Origin: Salpingoeca rosetta | Lineage: Eukaryota; Protista; Choanoflagellata | Length of the DNA stretch: 64,000 nt | Reading direction: 5' to 3' | NCBI GenBank assembly: GCA_033442325.1 | Contig: JAWQFM010000002.1 | Location: forward strand, 979,152 to 1,043,151 | In this document: in pieces, positions 42,034-55,680 of the stretch | Layout: the number at the start of each line of letters is the position of its first letter | Numbering within the stretch: position 1 is the first letter of the stretch | Position numbers and translations under genes: made by a program | The notes under the pieces: model-generated | Databases searched by the model: none | What the model was told of the DNA's origin: nothing | The model's input: only the letters and a program-made list of their open reading frames with translations

Positions 42034-42386
42034 TGGGTGTGGGTGTGTGTGGGTGTGGGTGGGTGTGGGTGTGGGTGTGTGGGTGTGTGGGTGTGGGTGT
42101 GTGTGTGGGTGTGGACAGAGCCGTGATCGCTGTTCTTTCAGCATGCCTGCGCTTTAGTTGAAGGCGTAAAACCGCCGCCAAAGTCGTCAAGTGTAACACC
42201 GTGACGACATTGCGGTGCTCATGCCCCTCCGTCCTCACCATGCACGTGCACCTGTTGCAGGAGAGCCTGCGCGTGCGCCAATCCCGCGAGCTGAACCCGT
42301 ACCTGAAGAACGGCGGCAGCGGTATGCCTCCACGTCGCGACTCAAGCACAGCGGTCAGTGAAGCGTTTGCACGAGTGTGTGTGTTT

Positions 42387-42417
<31 letters not shown>

Positions 42418-45400
42418 ATTGTGTGTGTGTGCGTGCGTGTATTGTGTGTGTGTGCGTGTATTGTGTGTGTGTGTGTGTGTTTGCTCATTTGGGAATTATT
42501 CTCGCGCTCAATGTTGTGTGTGCGATGCTTGTTGTCTTCTTCTCGTTGCGTTGTAGAGTACACCAAGCTGGAGAGAGGCTGCTATGCGTCGTGCAAGGTA
42601 TGCTCATGCGACAGTAATCCACCCATGCTGCCACCCATCACACACATGAGCTGCAAATCAACGCCTTTGCAAACATGTATGCCTGTGTGCGCAAGTATTC
42701 ATTCACACACACACGCACACACACAAACGTACAGAGGCGAGTCTGCGAGCGTAACGCCGCGGCGTGGCGGGCGTGGCGGGTCATCCTTCTCCGCAACAGC
42801 GAGCCCACACCTCGGTGGGCGCACAAGCGCCCCGGGGTCGAGCGGGAAGACGATGATGATGCCATCACGATCGGCAAGCGGGTGGTCGCGCACATCGTCC
42901 ACAAGCTCTTTCATCCAGTCGAGGCAGCAGCAAGACGACCGGGCCAGGGACCGCGAGTACAGTGGCCGTGATCGTGATCGTGGCCGTGAACGTGGTGGTG
43001 ATTATGATCGCGGTGATGGCGCACGCGCCGATCAGCGTGGTGGTGGTGGTGGTGGTGATGGTGGCGACAGGATGCAGAGCACGCGCGATGAGGGCGGCGC
43101 AGGGAGAGGGACACGCGGTGACTATCGACGCGACAGGGACGACGCTTCCGCTGCAGGCACAACTGCATCGCCACACCGCCGCCGCCACCACCATGATGCC
43201 GACTTGGAGGAGGACAAAGAGGAGAGGGGGCACCGCGAGCACCGTGAGCCTTCGAGTCGTACACGGGACACGCAGCCGGCAACAACAGCATCATCCGCGT
43301 CCTCCACGGTCAAGACAGAGGCAGCAGCAGCAGCAACGACGACGAGTCGGGCCGCTGCACCTGCACCATCAGCGGACGAGATGAATGAAATGGCAGCCGA
43401 CATTATGCGGGCTGAACTCATGGGCGACGAGGTGACACATGCACCGCCACACATGCACGATGCATGATCATGATTCACTGTGGTTGTCTCTGTTTGATGC
43501 TGCTGTTCCTGCCCTCCTGTCGCTTGTTTGTGGTTGGCGTGGACACCAGTCCTGCTGCTGTCTTGCTGCTGTTTTGTTCCACCACCACCACCACCACCTC
43601 CTCCCCCCTCCTCCTCCTCCTTCCACCTCCTCCTTCAACCTCACCTTCAACCTCATCACCACCAACCAACTTGCTTGCCGCTGTTCTCCACCGTGGTAAC
43701 AGGATGAGGCCCGCGAGCTGCGGTCGAAACTGGAGAGCCTGCGCCGCCAAGCAGCAGCAGCAGCGCCGCCGCCATCGCAACCACCAGCATCATCGTCGTC
43801 GTCATCGACAGGAGGGTTGTTGCCGCTGCCGTCTGGTGCACCGCCAGAGAAGCGTGCGCGGCGCGGTGGCGATGTTGATGAGCACCGACGCGGGCTGCAT
43901 GGGGACGAGCGAGGGGGCGATCGCCAGCGCGTTGCTGTGCTGACGACACGCACGAGCAGGGGCACGGTGATGCCCATGCCAAGGAGCGACGCGCCGGCGG
44001 GCGGCGCAAAGTGGCGCGATAAGTTCCGCAAGGTGCGAACATGTGTGTGTGTGCTTGCGCGCGTCTGTGTGTGTGTGTGTGTGTGTGTGTGTCGACAACT
44101 TGCAAGCGCTTCTTGGATGCGGTTTGCATGGTTACAATTGGAGCATGTGCACCCTCTTGTTCCTTTCATACTGCACTCACCACCACCACCACCACCGCCA
44201 CCCGCCGCCGCCGCCGCCACCACCACCCTGTTGTCCAGGCGAAGACACACGACGTGAGCGGACAGCGCATCAAATTCTTTGCGGCAGACGGCGACGACTA
44301 CGATGTGCACGAGCTTGCACAGCGCGAGCGGCTGGGGCTTGATGCAGACTATGACGAGGAGTTTGCACGCATGGCCGCGCGTGACGCAAGCCGTGCCACA
44401 GATGACTACGATGTGGATGACATGTTTGTTGATCGCGCAGCCAAGGGCATCTCACGCACAAAGCAAGCGGACCGAGACAGGCAGCGCGCCATCCAAGGTC
44501 AAGGGAGAGAAAGAGGGCTTGCATTGCCTTTGTGTGTTCAATCCCACACACGCATGCAGTCTCTTTGTGCATGTGACCTGGCTTGTCGCCGTATCTCTGC
44601 GTGGATCCCTGCTCGCTGCTTTCGCCACTAGCTGACTCGTGCACCTCCACCGCGCCCCTATGCGTGTTCCCAACACGCCATGCAGACTTCCATCGCCAGG
44701 ACCGCGCGCTGGCCAACTGCGACCTCTGTCTGGACACGGACCGCTTCCACAAGAACCTCACCATCAGCGTCGGAACAACGGTCTGTTGTCCGTCTCAAGC
44801 TGTCTCCATTGCGTTGTGAATGTTGATGTAGCACACCACACACACCATACACACACACACTTCTCAGCGCCAGCCCCCACCTTACACTGTCACCACACCC
44901 ACACCCACAAACCCAAACAAGCAAACCCAATGAACTAACCAACCAACCAACCAACACCCCAAAACAACGCCCCCCCCCCTCACTGCTTGCCACCCTGCAT
45001 GTGCGTCAGATGTACCTGTCGCTGCCTGCGCGCGGTAGCCTGGGGCCGCAGCACTGCGTGATTGTTCCCATCCGCCACACGACGGCAGCAACAGACTTTG
45101 ACGAGGACGAGTATGCGGAGCTGCAGCGCTTCCAGCGTGCGCTCACAGAGATGTTTCGCTCGCGGGACATGGACGTTGTGTTTATGGAGACGGTGATGAA
45201 CCCGAAGAAGAACAGACACACGGTCATCCACGCCATCCCGCTGAGTCGCGACGATGGCGCAATGGCGCCCATGTACTTCAAAGTCCGTTGTCGTGTCGTG
45301 CTCGACTGTTGTGTGGTGTGGTGTGGTGTGGTGTGGTGTGGTGTGGTGTGGTGTGGTGTGGTGGGGTGTGGTGTGGTGTGGCGCTGCGTGGTGTGGTGCT

Positions 45401-46055
45401 GTGTTGTTGTGTTACGTCGTGCTGTACGTTTGCTATGCGAGTATGACGTGGTGTGCGTGGTGTCTCTGTCGAATAGCCTGGGCTTTTCATTTTTGTCTCA
45501 TCACCACCGCGCATCTGATGGGCCCATCTCCAATCAACAGAAAGCGATTGCCGAGTGTGACACCCAGTGGTCACAGCACAAGAAGCTCATTGACACGCGC
45601 AAGAAAGGATTCCGCAGAAGCGTACGTCAATGCATGCATGCATGTGTGTGTGTGTGTGTGTGTGGTCATGTAATTGTGTTTGTCTGCCATTTTGCCTCCT
45701 TTGGTCTCAACGCGCAGCAGTGTCGACTCTCACTCACCTCGACCTCACACGTGTACGTCTGCCTCCCCACTTGTTCTTCCCCCACCTCTGCTGTTGTTGC
45801 TGCGTGGCGTGGGTACAGGTGCCGAAGGGCTTCCCATACTTCAACGTTGAGTTTGGGACGGATGGCGGGTTTGCGCACGTGATTGAGGACCAGACGCAGT
45901 TTCCCTTCTACTTTGGGCAAGAGATTGTCGGCGGAATGCTCGACCTTCCTCCCCGCACGTGGATGAACCCGAGACCGGACAATTATTCCACCCAGCAGCG
46001 CAACAAGGCGCGCCTGGCCACGCTGTGGGCCAACTTTGACGTTACACAACAGTAG
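40866..46055 (+). CDS. CWF19L2: CWF19-like protein 2 (spliceosome-associated, CwfJ C-terminal domains), multi-exon
   Basis: Lys/His-rich N-terminus [139 protein letters not shown]. Confidence 0.92.
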
Positions 46056-46355
46056 CCTCGGTGGCAATGTGTGTGTGTTTGTTTGTTTGTTTGCTTGCTT
46101 GTTTGCTTGCTTGTATGTTGTGTGTTTGTGTTTGCCTTTGCTTGTTTGCTTGTGTTTGTTTCCTTGAGTGTGTTTGTTTTGGTTTGTTTTGGTTTCGTGT
46201 GTCTGCTTGTGTGCTTGTGTTTGTTTGTTTTTGCTTCTTGTTTGCTTGGTCGTGTCAGCATAACGTGCCAATATGAAAAGTTCATCAAGAATTTACATAT
46301 GTGGTTGAGGAAGAAGAAGTCAGCCACTGTGCGGCCAGCAGCACAGCAGCGCTGT

Positions 46356-46861
46356 TTATCGTGGTTGGTCGCCAAAGTGTGTCTTCACGCCAAACTCCGG
46401 GCGCTTTGAGCGACGACCCTGCACATAGCAACGCGAAAGATATGTGAGAGGGAACATATGGCACGTGGTGATGCACGCATTCGCCCACGCGCGTGCGTAC
46501 TTACACAAGCATACAAACACAACCAACACCGCACGCGTTCACCCCGCAAACCCAACACAACCAAGTGGTTCTTTCTACCTTGAACATGGAGGCGATGTTC
46601 CATGCGACCTTTCCACAATCAGGACAGGGCCCACCAGGCAAACGAGCGCCCAGCGTAAACGTGTGCTTGTTGCAGTTTCCGCACTGGAAGAACCGCTTCT
46701 TGGTCTTCACCTTGTTCACGGCGTGCCCGTTGTCGATGCACAGCTTTGGCGCGCGCATCGTCAGCCGCTTGCACTGCACGCCGGAGATGGGGGTTGGTCA
46801 TCAGGTGTGACATGGAGTGTGTTATGTGTGTGTGTGTGTGTGTGTGAGTTGGGTGTTGTGT

Positions 46862-46908
<47 letters not shown>

Positions 46909-49900
46909 ACGTGTGTATGTGCGTTGTGTGTGCTTGCTTCTGTATCTGTCGTGTGGCAAGCTCCTCGACCACAACCCAGTGAGATGTACGCACCGTACTG
47001 CACTTGTGACACACGACGGTCGTTTCCTTGATTGTCTTCATCTTTTCCTCCATCTTCTCCAATTCCTCTCCGCGTGCCAGCATGCGCATAAGCTCCTTCT
47101 CTTCCGCCTGAAAAGTGGGAGTGAATGGATGGATGTGTGTGTGTGAGGAGTGTGAGAGTGTGAGAGTGTGAGGAGTGAGTGCGTGTGGGGATGAGACGAG
47201 CCCAAGTACAACGCGGCGGGTGGTTAACGAATGCAAGGCATATGTCCGCAATATGGTTTGATGGCGTGCACACACACACGCACATGAACACACATGAACA
47301 CACACATGAACACACACGCACACCTCGTGGAATTCGTCCAGGTGCTTCGATTTGCGCTCAAGCATCGCCTTTGTCTCCTCAGAACTGACATAAGCAGCAA
47401 TTCAAGATTGCAAGCATACACGCACACGCGCACACACGCACACGCACACGCACACGCACACGCACACGCACACGCACACACGCACGCGCACACACGCACG
47501 CGCACACACGCACACGCACACACACACACACACAGATGCAAGCACCAACGACAACACGGCCCGATACACGAACACGAGGAGTGAGCTTACGGCAAGAGAA
47601 CACCACAACGCAAAGCAAAGCAACAACACGCAACAAAGCAAAGCAACAACACGCAACAAAGCAAAGCAACAACACGTGCACACATGAGCCAACATGTGAA
47701 GTAATGCAACGCGATGACGTACTCAATATCGCCGACGATGGCTGTGAGGACGGATGACTTTGGGCGCTTGGACGTGCGCGCCTCTCGATCCTCTGCTGCA
47801 GTTACCTCGCGTCTGGCCACGCGCTTTCGCAGCTTATCCACGTCAACGTCCTCTGTCGTGCAGGTGCAAGAGCAGGTATTGCAGGTCAGTGCACAACAAG
47901 TGCATATGATGTCAGCAACAGCAGCAACAACAGCAACAGCAGCAACAGCAGCAGGGTGAACAACAGGCTCAGCTTCAGCCAATCGTTTGCGCAGCAAGAC
48001 CAAGTCACCACAGCAGCGATGCAGCGTCAAGGGCGAGAGCACTGACGTGATGATGGTGACACGGGCGCATTGGGATCGACTTTGGCGAATCCGCCTTTGC
48101 TGCGGGCGAGCGCGGCTGCACGTGCGTATGGATCACGCGCTTTGGACAGTTGGATTTGCGACCCCTGTGCAATCACAATACAATCGCACGTGACAGGCAA
48201 CGAAGGCGCAAGCATCAATGACAATGTGTGAGCGGTGCTTGAAGGGCGACCATGGAGAAGGCGCCCTGCATATTAGCAGCACGCTTTGCAAAGCACAAGG
48301 GATACGAGCAAAACAACACGCACAGAAATGCTGTGCTTCGGGCATCATGTGCATTCAACCACGTGTCAGGACACAACCAGCCGTGCAACGCAAGTATGCA
48401 CACGAGAACCATTCACGCACAGCCGCACAAACACATTGAAGCATACGTCACACACATGCACACACACACGCACAAATACACGCACAAATACACGCACAAA
48501 CACACACAAAATACACGCACAACAAAGTGTGCATCCATGCGTACCGCCTGTGCGCCGCGTGCAAGCATGGGTCTTGACTGTCCGTTGAGTGCAAGGAGCT
48601 TGTCGCACGTGGCCGTGAGCACGGAGGTCGATGCCTGGGTGTCTGGACGGACACCCGATCTTGGGCGGTTGAGGAAGGACCCATCGCGCTTCTTTGCCGC
48701 TTCACGAAACTCGTGCTCAACCATCTTCTTTGCAAGCGGATCTGAATCACACACACGTGTCCACGACACAGCGGTGGTGGTGGTGGTGGTGGTGGTGGTG
48801 GTGGTGGTGGTGGTGGACAGAGAGAGAGAGAGTGTGTGTGTGTGTGTGTGTGTGTGTCAGTTGGTTTGTGTCTGTGCAAGTTGCCCTGTTGTCATCCATA
48901 CCAATACACCGCAGAGCACACATGCAACATACGTCACAGCACACGACAGAGCACACCGCCACGACCGCTTACTTGAGGAAGTCATGGTGCGCATGGCCTT
49001 ACGAAAGGTGTTGTTGGCACTCAGGGATGTCACGGCTTCCAGTCGCAGCTGACTCTTCATCTTCTCCATCGGCGTCTTGGCCTTCTTCGATGAAGATGAC
49101 GATGATGCACTCTTTCCAACAACAGATGCGCCTCGTGCAAGACCAGTGGACGATGATGGTGATGGTGATGGTCGACCACCGGACCGCTGCCGCGCCGCCA
49201 ACACCGTGCGCGCGTTGGGATTCGGGCCCATTCTGTGCACACATGCGTGTGTTTGTGTTTCAAATGTGTTCGTTCATGTGTTCGTGAGGGCGTGTTCAAA
49301 ACTGCGAGTTTGTATATGTGTGTTCATCGGCGATCGATCAGCAGATGCAATGAACCTTTGTTGACACCAACAACAGAGTAAAGTGTGCAATAAAAGAGAC
49401 AAGGTTGCACGGATATGCCTGAATACGAACCCGAGGTTGAGGACTTGCCGCGATTGCCTCTTCTTCTTCCTGTACGCGGAGCCAACATGCGCTTGGCAAT
49501 ATTCCCTGACACCGCGGCAGTAGTCATGATCGTGTGTGTGTGTGTAAGTGTGTGTGTGTGCGTATGTGTGTGTGTGTAAGTGTGTAAGTGTGTATGTGTG
49601 TATGTGTGTATGTGTGTAGGTGTGAAAGTGTGAAAGTGTGTTAGTGTGCATGTGTGCACGTGTGTATGTGTGTGTGCTTGTGCACTTGTCAGTATGCATG
49701 CATCGGTATGCATGCGTCAGTGAGAGCGGTACGTGCGTGTGTGTTTGAGCAGGTGACATGCCTCACTCACCCCAGTTGCAAATTGACTGGCCAGCTGCAT
49801 GGCTTGCCGTCTTTGGTAAACGCCTTGCACATGGCGAAATCCGAGCACGTGCCAACCATGAGCAGTTGGCTTTCATCGCGCACCGTCAACATTGGCCGCG

Positions 49901-51967
49901 AGCCGGCGCGCTCCTGTCACGCACGTCGTGTGTTAGGAGGGGGCAGGTAGTTGTGTTCAGAATGAAGCGTGGGGGAGCATACACACACACACAACAACAA
50001 AACGTGCACACGATGTACACACACACACACACAACAACAACAACAACAACAAAACGTGCACGATGTACACACACACACACACACACACACCTCCATGAGG
50101 ACCGGGTCGGAAATGCCGACAAAGACGCCAGCATTCTCGCGCCAGTGCTTTGCATGCACTGCACCAGAGACGAACAGGCCAACCTGCATAATGATGCACA
50201 AACACATGCGCCCACGCAAATGCATCACGTTATCCAAGTCCGGGCGAGGCGTCACGGGTTCAGCACAAATGCACACACACACACATGCAAACACACACAC
50301 ACATGCAAACACACATGCACATGCAAACACACATGCACACACACATGCAAATACACATGCAAACACGCACACGCCCTCCAGTTTCACGTGCAAGAGCCAA
50401 GGCAGCGCACCCCGTCGTGGTTGAGGTCTGACATGGTCCAGATGGCGTAGTTTGCGCCCTTGGATGTCTGTTTCGTGGGCGACTTCTTGGCCACGACCCC
50501 AAACGTCACAATTGTCTCCGTTGCCGATTCGGGCGACTTTGCACGGTGTCGCAGCTGTTGCAAGCATGAGCACGCATTGAGGTGAGCGGGGCGGGGGAGA
50601 GGAGGAAAGAGGGGTTGCTGAGGGTGGTTATGTGATAGCTTTGGCAGTTGTTGCCGTGATGTCAAGTTGGAGACTGCAAACGCCGGCACCTCGGACAGCG
50701 ACGCAGCTCATTTGCTTCCTGCTACAGCGACACCAAACACAAGTGCATGTGGCTGCATCTTGCTGCGTGAGTGCGCGCGTCACTTACCACACTGACAATG
50801 TCACGGATGGGAACAAACTTCCGCCCACTCATCATCGACTTGAGCTGCAGACTGCCAATGGTTCGGTTCCTGTGCAGAGAACATGTGTGTGTGTGTTGCA
50901 GTAGAGGAGGTGAGCGAGCATTCGTACAGAAGGGAGCCATCATGCAGAGAAGCAACAACAGCGACGACAAAAGCAAGCGCGTGCGTTTGAGTCACACCAA
51001 ACAACGTACTTGAGTCGGAGTCCCGTGTACTCGTCCTTATCGCTCTGTGTCCAGTTGGATGCGCCGCTGGTTGTTACCTTTGCACCGGTGCCTGCCGATG
51101 GCGATGCCCCTGATGTTGAAGCGCTGCCACTGGTGCCGGGTCGCCTGGGCGCATTTCGCGGAACCACCGCCCGCTGTGGCGGCGCCGTCTGCTTTGCCGT
51201 CAAGGAAGCTGAGGACGGATGGGTAGTCATGCCGGGCGTAGCTTGCTTCTGCGACCCACTGGTGCTTTGAGGGCGAACGCTCCGCGTCGGTGCAGCAGCT
51301 GCTCGTGGCGTCGAAGGTTTCCTGGCTGCGGTAGTTGCTGCGGCTGCTGTGGTGGCATTGGTGCTTGGTGTGGGCTTGTTAGCGGCACTGTTGCTGTTGG
51401 TGTTGTTGTTGGTGTTGTTGTCATTTGTGGTGGTGTTGTCGTTGATGGTGGCGGTGGCGCTGTTGTTGGTGGTCTTGGTGCTGTTGGCCTTGTTCAGCTG
51501 CCCACGCACCTTTGCCAACTGCTGCTCCAACGCCGCGAGTTGTGCTTGGAGGGCAGCTGAATCCTGTGCTGAATCCTGTTCTTTCTCTGCTTCGGCGGCA
51601 TCTTTCTTGTCCTCCTTTGTTGTTTCTCCCTCGTCCACGTCGCCAAAGATGTCGGACAGATCGTCCGTTGCCCAGAACCCGGAATCCCCCTCTGCACTCA
51701 AACAGACAAGGGCGAGAGTGGTTGGACAACAGTCAAAAGAAAGAAAGGGAATCAGACCGTACACAGAACACACACACAAAAAAGAGATTCATCCACACAC
51801 AACCACACGTCAACGCACTCACACACACGCACACACACACAAAGAGATTCATCCACACACAAAGACACAACGTACATCAACGCACACACACTTCACGCTT
51901 ACACACACACACTACACGCTCACACACACACACTACACGCTCACACACACACACACGCACCCATCAT
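46356..51967 (-). CDS. MCM10: Replication factor MCM10, multi-exon
   Basis: [10 protein letters not shown]-fold stretches [24 protein letters not shown] and [23 protein letters not shown] Zn finger [18 protein letters not shown]-terminal [46 protein letters not shown]. Start and stop inferred from splice phases. Confidence 0.9.
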
Positions 51968-52007
51968 CGATGATGTCTTCCTTGTTGCTTGGTCGCACTC
52001 AAAAAAA

Positions 52008-52059
52008 TGGCGCCACGGACTTGGTGCTTGATGCGCAGTGTTGGTGATTGTGCGGAAAT
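52008..52059. promoter_or_regulatory. E2F-like palindrome TGGCGCCA (52008-52015) and GCGGAAA (52052-52058) in the MCM10 / talin divergent promoter
   Basis: Sits 40-90 bp upstream of the MCM10 ATG. The AAAATGGCG context also resembles a YY1-type motif. Confidence 0.35.
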
Positions 52060-52260
52060 ATGGCCAGTTTTCTGTTTTGGTGAAATGAGGTGGACTGCAG
52101 CCAAACAAAACCATCGAACCACGACCTTCCACCAGTCTCTGCCTTCGTGTTTGTGTTTGTATGTTCGCATCGACCCCCCCCCACCGCCCCTCATCTCGCT
52201 CACGCGCTCTCCTTGTCGTCGTCGTCGTCCACAAGCACCCACACACAAGGCACCTTCACC

Positions 52261-53277
52261 ATGGACAACTCCATCGCTCTGACCGTGGTCTGGGCGGAGA
52301 AGGACACTCAGCAAATCATCAAGGTACATGCACACTTGTTCCTGTGTGACGTGTCTTATTGCGTGTCGCCACATCACGACATGTTCGTGTGCTACACGCA
52401 CAGGCGCTCGCTTGTAGTACTATCAGTGACATTGACAGTGGCAGTGTTGCTGCTGCTTGTGTCTCAGCGCAGTGGCTCGTATCGAAAGTGTGACTCACTT
52501 TCTCCTCTTGTTTATGCACCTTTGCTCTCGTCTCTGCTCTCTTCCAATCTGCCCTTGCTCGCTTGCCTGATGCAGTTTGGACGGCAAATGACCGTGGCGC
52601 AAGCGTGCGTGCTTGCTCTCACAGAGTTTGGTCAGGATCCATCTCTCGGTACGCGGCTCGCTAACATCCGCGTTTCCTGCTTTCCATCACCCGTGTGTGC
52701 ACCTACGAACACGGCTTGCTCTGTTATTCTCGCTCGTTTCCTGTGCCAGCTTCCACGCACCACACATTCACATCTCGTTTCTTGCGCATGAACATTGCCC
52801 TGCTTCATCGTCGTCACAGCGGATATGTATGGCTTCCTTCGGCAGTCCATGCATGGCGGCTACGACATCTGGGTCGACCCAAAGGCCACCATCGGCACCA
52901 GTGGCCTGCGCAATGGGGTGAGCGCTGCACACCCGCTGCCTATCATTTGCATTCCTTGCGCAGGCTTGTCCATGTTCGTTCACGCGTGTTCTTTGCACCA
53001 CCTGTTCCCTCTGCACCAAACGCTCACGCAAGAAAGAAGCAATGTACGGCTACCTCTCACACACCCTCTTGTTATCTCAACACACACAAACAAATACACA
53101 CACACACACTGCGTGCGATGATCGCAGCAAATTGTGCAGTTTGCGCCAAAGCAGCGCCCCCTCAAGATTCGCCTCATCGACGGCAGCGAAAAGACCGTCC
53201 GTACCGTCAAGGTGGGGGGAAACACCACCAGGTCCCACTGCATGTGATACCCCATCTGTACTGCTGTGGCTGCTATA

Positions 53278-53322
<45 letters not shown>

Positions 53323-55632
53323 ATCCTTGCCCTTTTTTCATCGTCTTGCCCTTGTGCTTGCCCTGGTTTGCGTGTTGTTGTGCAACACGACCGTGTACGC
53401 ACCATGCTTCCCGCCACTCACCATCACGCACATGTGGCCACAGATTGACGAGAGCCTGCCTGTTGGCGCGATTGTGCACAACGTGTGCCAACGCATCGGC
53501 ATCCACAACCACGAGGAGTACTCGTTCATGCTGGACGAAAAGGCCGCTTCTCCACAGGACACCCGCCGCTCAAAGAAGGAAACCCTCGTCGACCTTCGCA
53601 AGCGCATGGCTGTACGTCTTTGTGCGTGCCTGTGTGTGTGTGTGTTTGAGTGTGTACGCGTGTGTGTGTGTGTGTCTTGTGTGTTTGTGTGTTTGTGTGT
53701 CTGTGTTGTGTGTGCGTGTGTGCGTGTGTGTACGTGTGTCTGTGTGCGCTTCATGATGTTGCTGCCATAAGGGCTGTGCGCTGCCCTGTTTCTTCTGTTC
53801 ACCTGCCCGCCTTTGCGGACCGTCCCGGTGCACGCCAGTGCCTCACATGTGCTTCCCTTGCTGCACACCACCACGCAACAAACACACACACACACACACA
53901 CACGCAACACACACATACACATGAACGAATCTCACGCGCGGGTGTATCTACAGGACGATGAGAAGTGGCTGCAGCACGAGCTGACGCTGCGAGCGCAGGG
54001 CGTGATGCCGGACCAGGTCCTCGTCCTCCGTAAGAAGTTTTTCTTCTCCGATCAGGAAATCAACAGAGACGATCCTGTGCAAGTCAACCTCGTCTACGGA
54101 CAGGTGTGTGTATGTGTGTGTGTTTGTGTGTATTTGTGTGTGTGTGTGTGTGTTCGTGTGTTCGTGTGTTCGTGTGTGTGTGTGTGTTTGTGTGTGTTGC
54201 AGTCGCTGTGGGTCGTCTCCTTGCTACTGTGCTTGTGCTTGTGCTTGTGCTGTGCTGTGAACTCTTTCGGTACTGTTAACACTGACGCTACCCATGCTGT
54301 TTTATTGTGCACTTCACAACCGTTCAGGCCAAGGACTCGATTGTCAAGGGCGAGCATCCCTGCACCCTCGACGAAGCCGTACAGGTCAGTCCCCCCCCCC
54401 GGGCACGTGTGAGGTTTGCATGTGTGTGTGTGCATGTGTGTGTGTGTGTATGTCTGTCTGTCTCTATCCGTCTGTCTGCTCCCATCTGTGTGCGAGTGCT
54501 GCACTCCGTCACCGACCGTGCTTGTGCCACTTAGTTCTGTATTCTTGCTCTGCTTTCACGCACGTTTACATTGACACCACTCCACTCCCTTGCTCTTCCT
54601 CCCTCTTCCCTTCTTCCCACTCAGTTTGCTGCCATGCAAGTGCACATTGAGCATGGTGACCACAACCCTGACCGCCACAAACCGGGCTACCTCGACGACC
54701 TGCGAGCCGTGCTCCCTGCGGAGTATGTCAAGGTCAAGGGCGTGGAGAAGAAAATCTACGCAGAGCACAAGAAGCTCGTTGGCCAGCCCGAGCTGAACAT
54801 CAAGTTCAAATACACCACCATGTGCCGCGCCCTCAAGACATATGGCATCACCTTCTTCAGCGTGCGGGAGAAAGTGAAGGGCAAGAACAAGCTCATCCCA
54901 CGCCTTCTCGGCGTCACTCGCGAGAGCGTCATGCGCATGGACGAAAAGACAAAGGAGGTGCGGCTGTGTGCTCGTGTGTATATGCGTTGTTTTGTGCGGT
55001 TGTATCTTTGCTTGTTCTTGTTCTTGTGTGTGTGTGTGTGTGTGCGTGTACGTGTGTGCATGTGTGTACGTGTGTGCATGTGTGTACGTGTTTTGTGCCT
55101 TTGTGTTCTTGTCCATGTGTTTGTATGTGTTGTTTTGTGCGGTTGTTTGTGTTCTTGTGTGTGTGTGTGTGTGTGGTTGTTTGTTGCGTGTTGCGCACTT
55201 TTAGGCGGTTGTGAATGTGTTCCAAGTTCACTGCTCGTCATATTCATTGGCACCATCACACCACCGCCGTCACCACGACCGCCACCCTCCCCTCCCCCAG
55301 GTGCTGAAGACATGGCCGCTGACGACGGTGAAGCGGTGGGTTGCATCACCCAACAGCTTCACCCTCGACTTTGGCACGTACTCCGACTACTACTCTGTGC
55401 AGACGCTTGAGGGCGACAAGATCTCGCAGCTCATTGCGGGCTACATCGACATCATCCTCAAGAAGCGCCGGCAACAGGACAGGCGGGAGTCTGCGTCCAG
55501 CATGGCAGCACAATCTGGAAACACAACCTCACAACTCGCCCGCGCCGAACGCGTCAACCTCCGCGGCAGCAAGGCGACGCAGGTGGGCGTTCGTGTTTGC
55601 GTGCGTCTCTGTGCTTGCGCGCGTCTCTCTCT

Positions 55633-55680
<48 letters not shown>

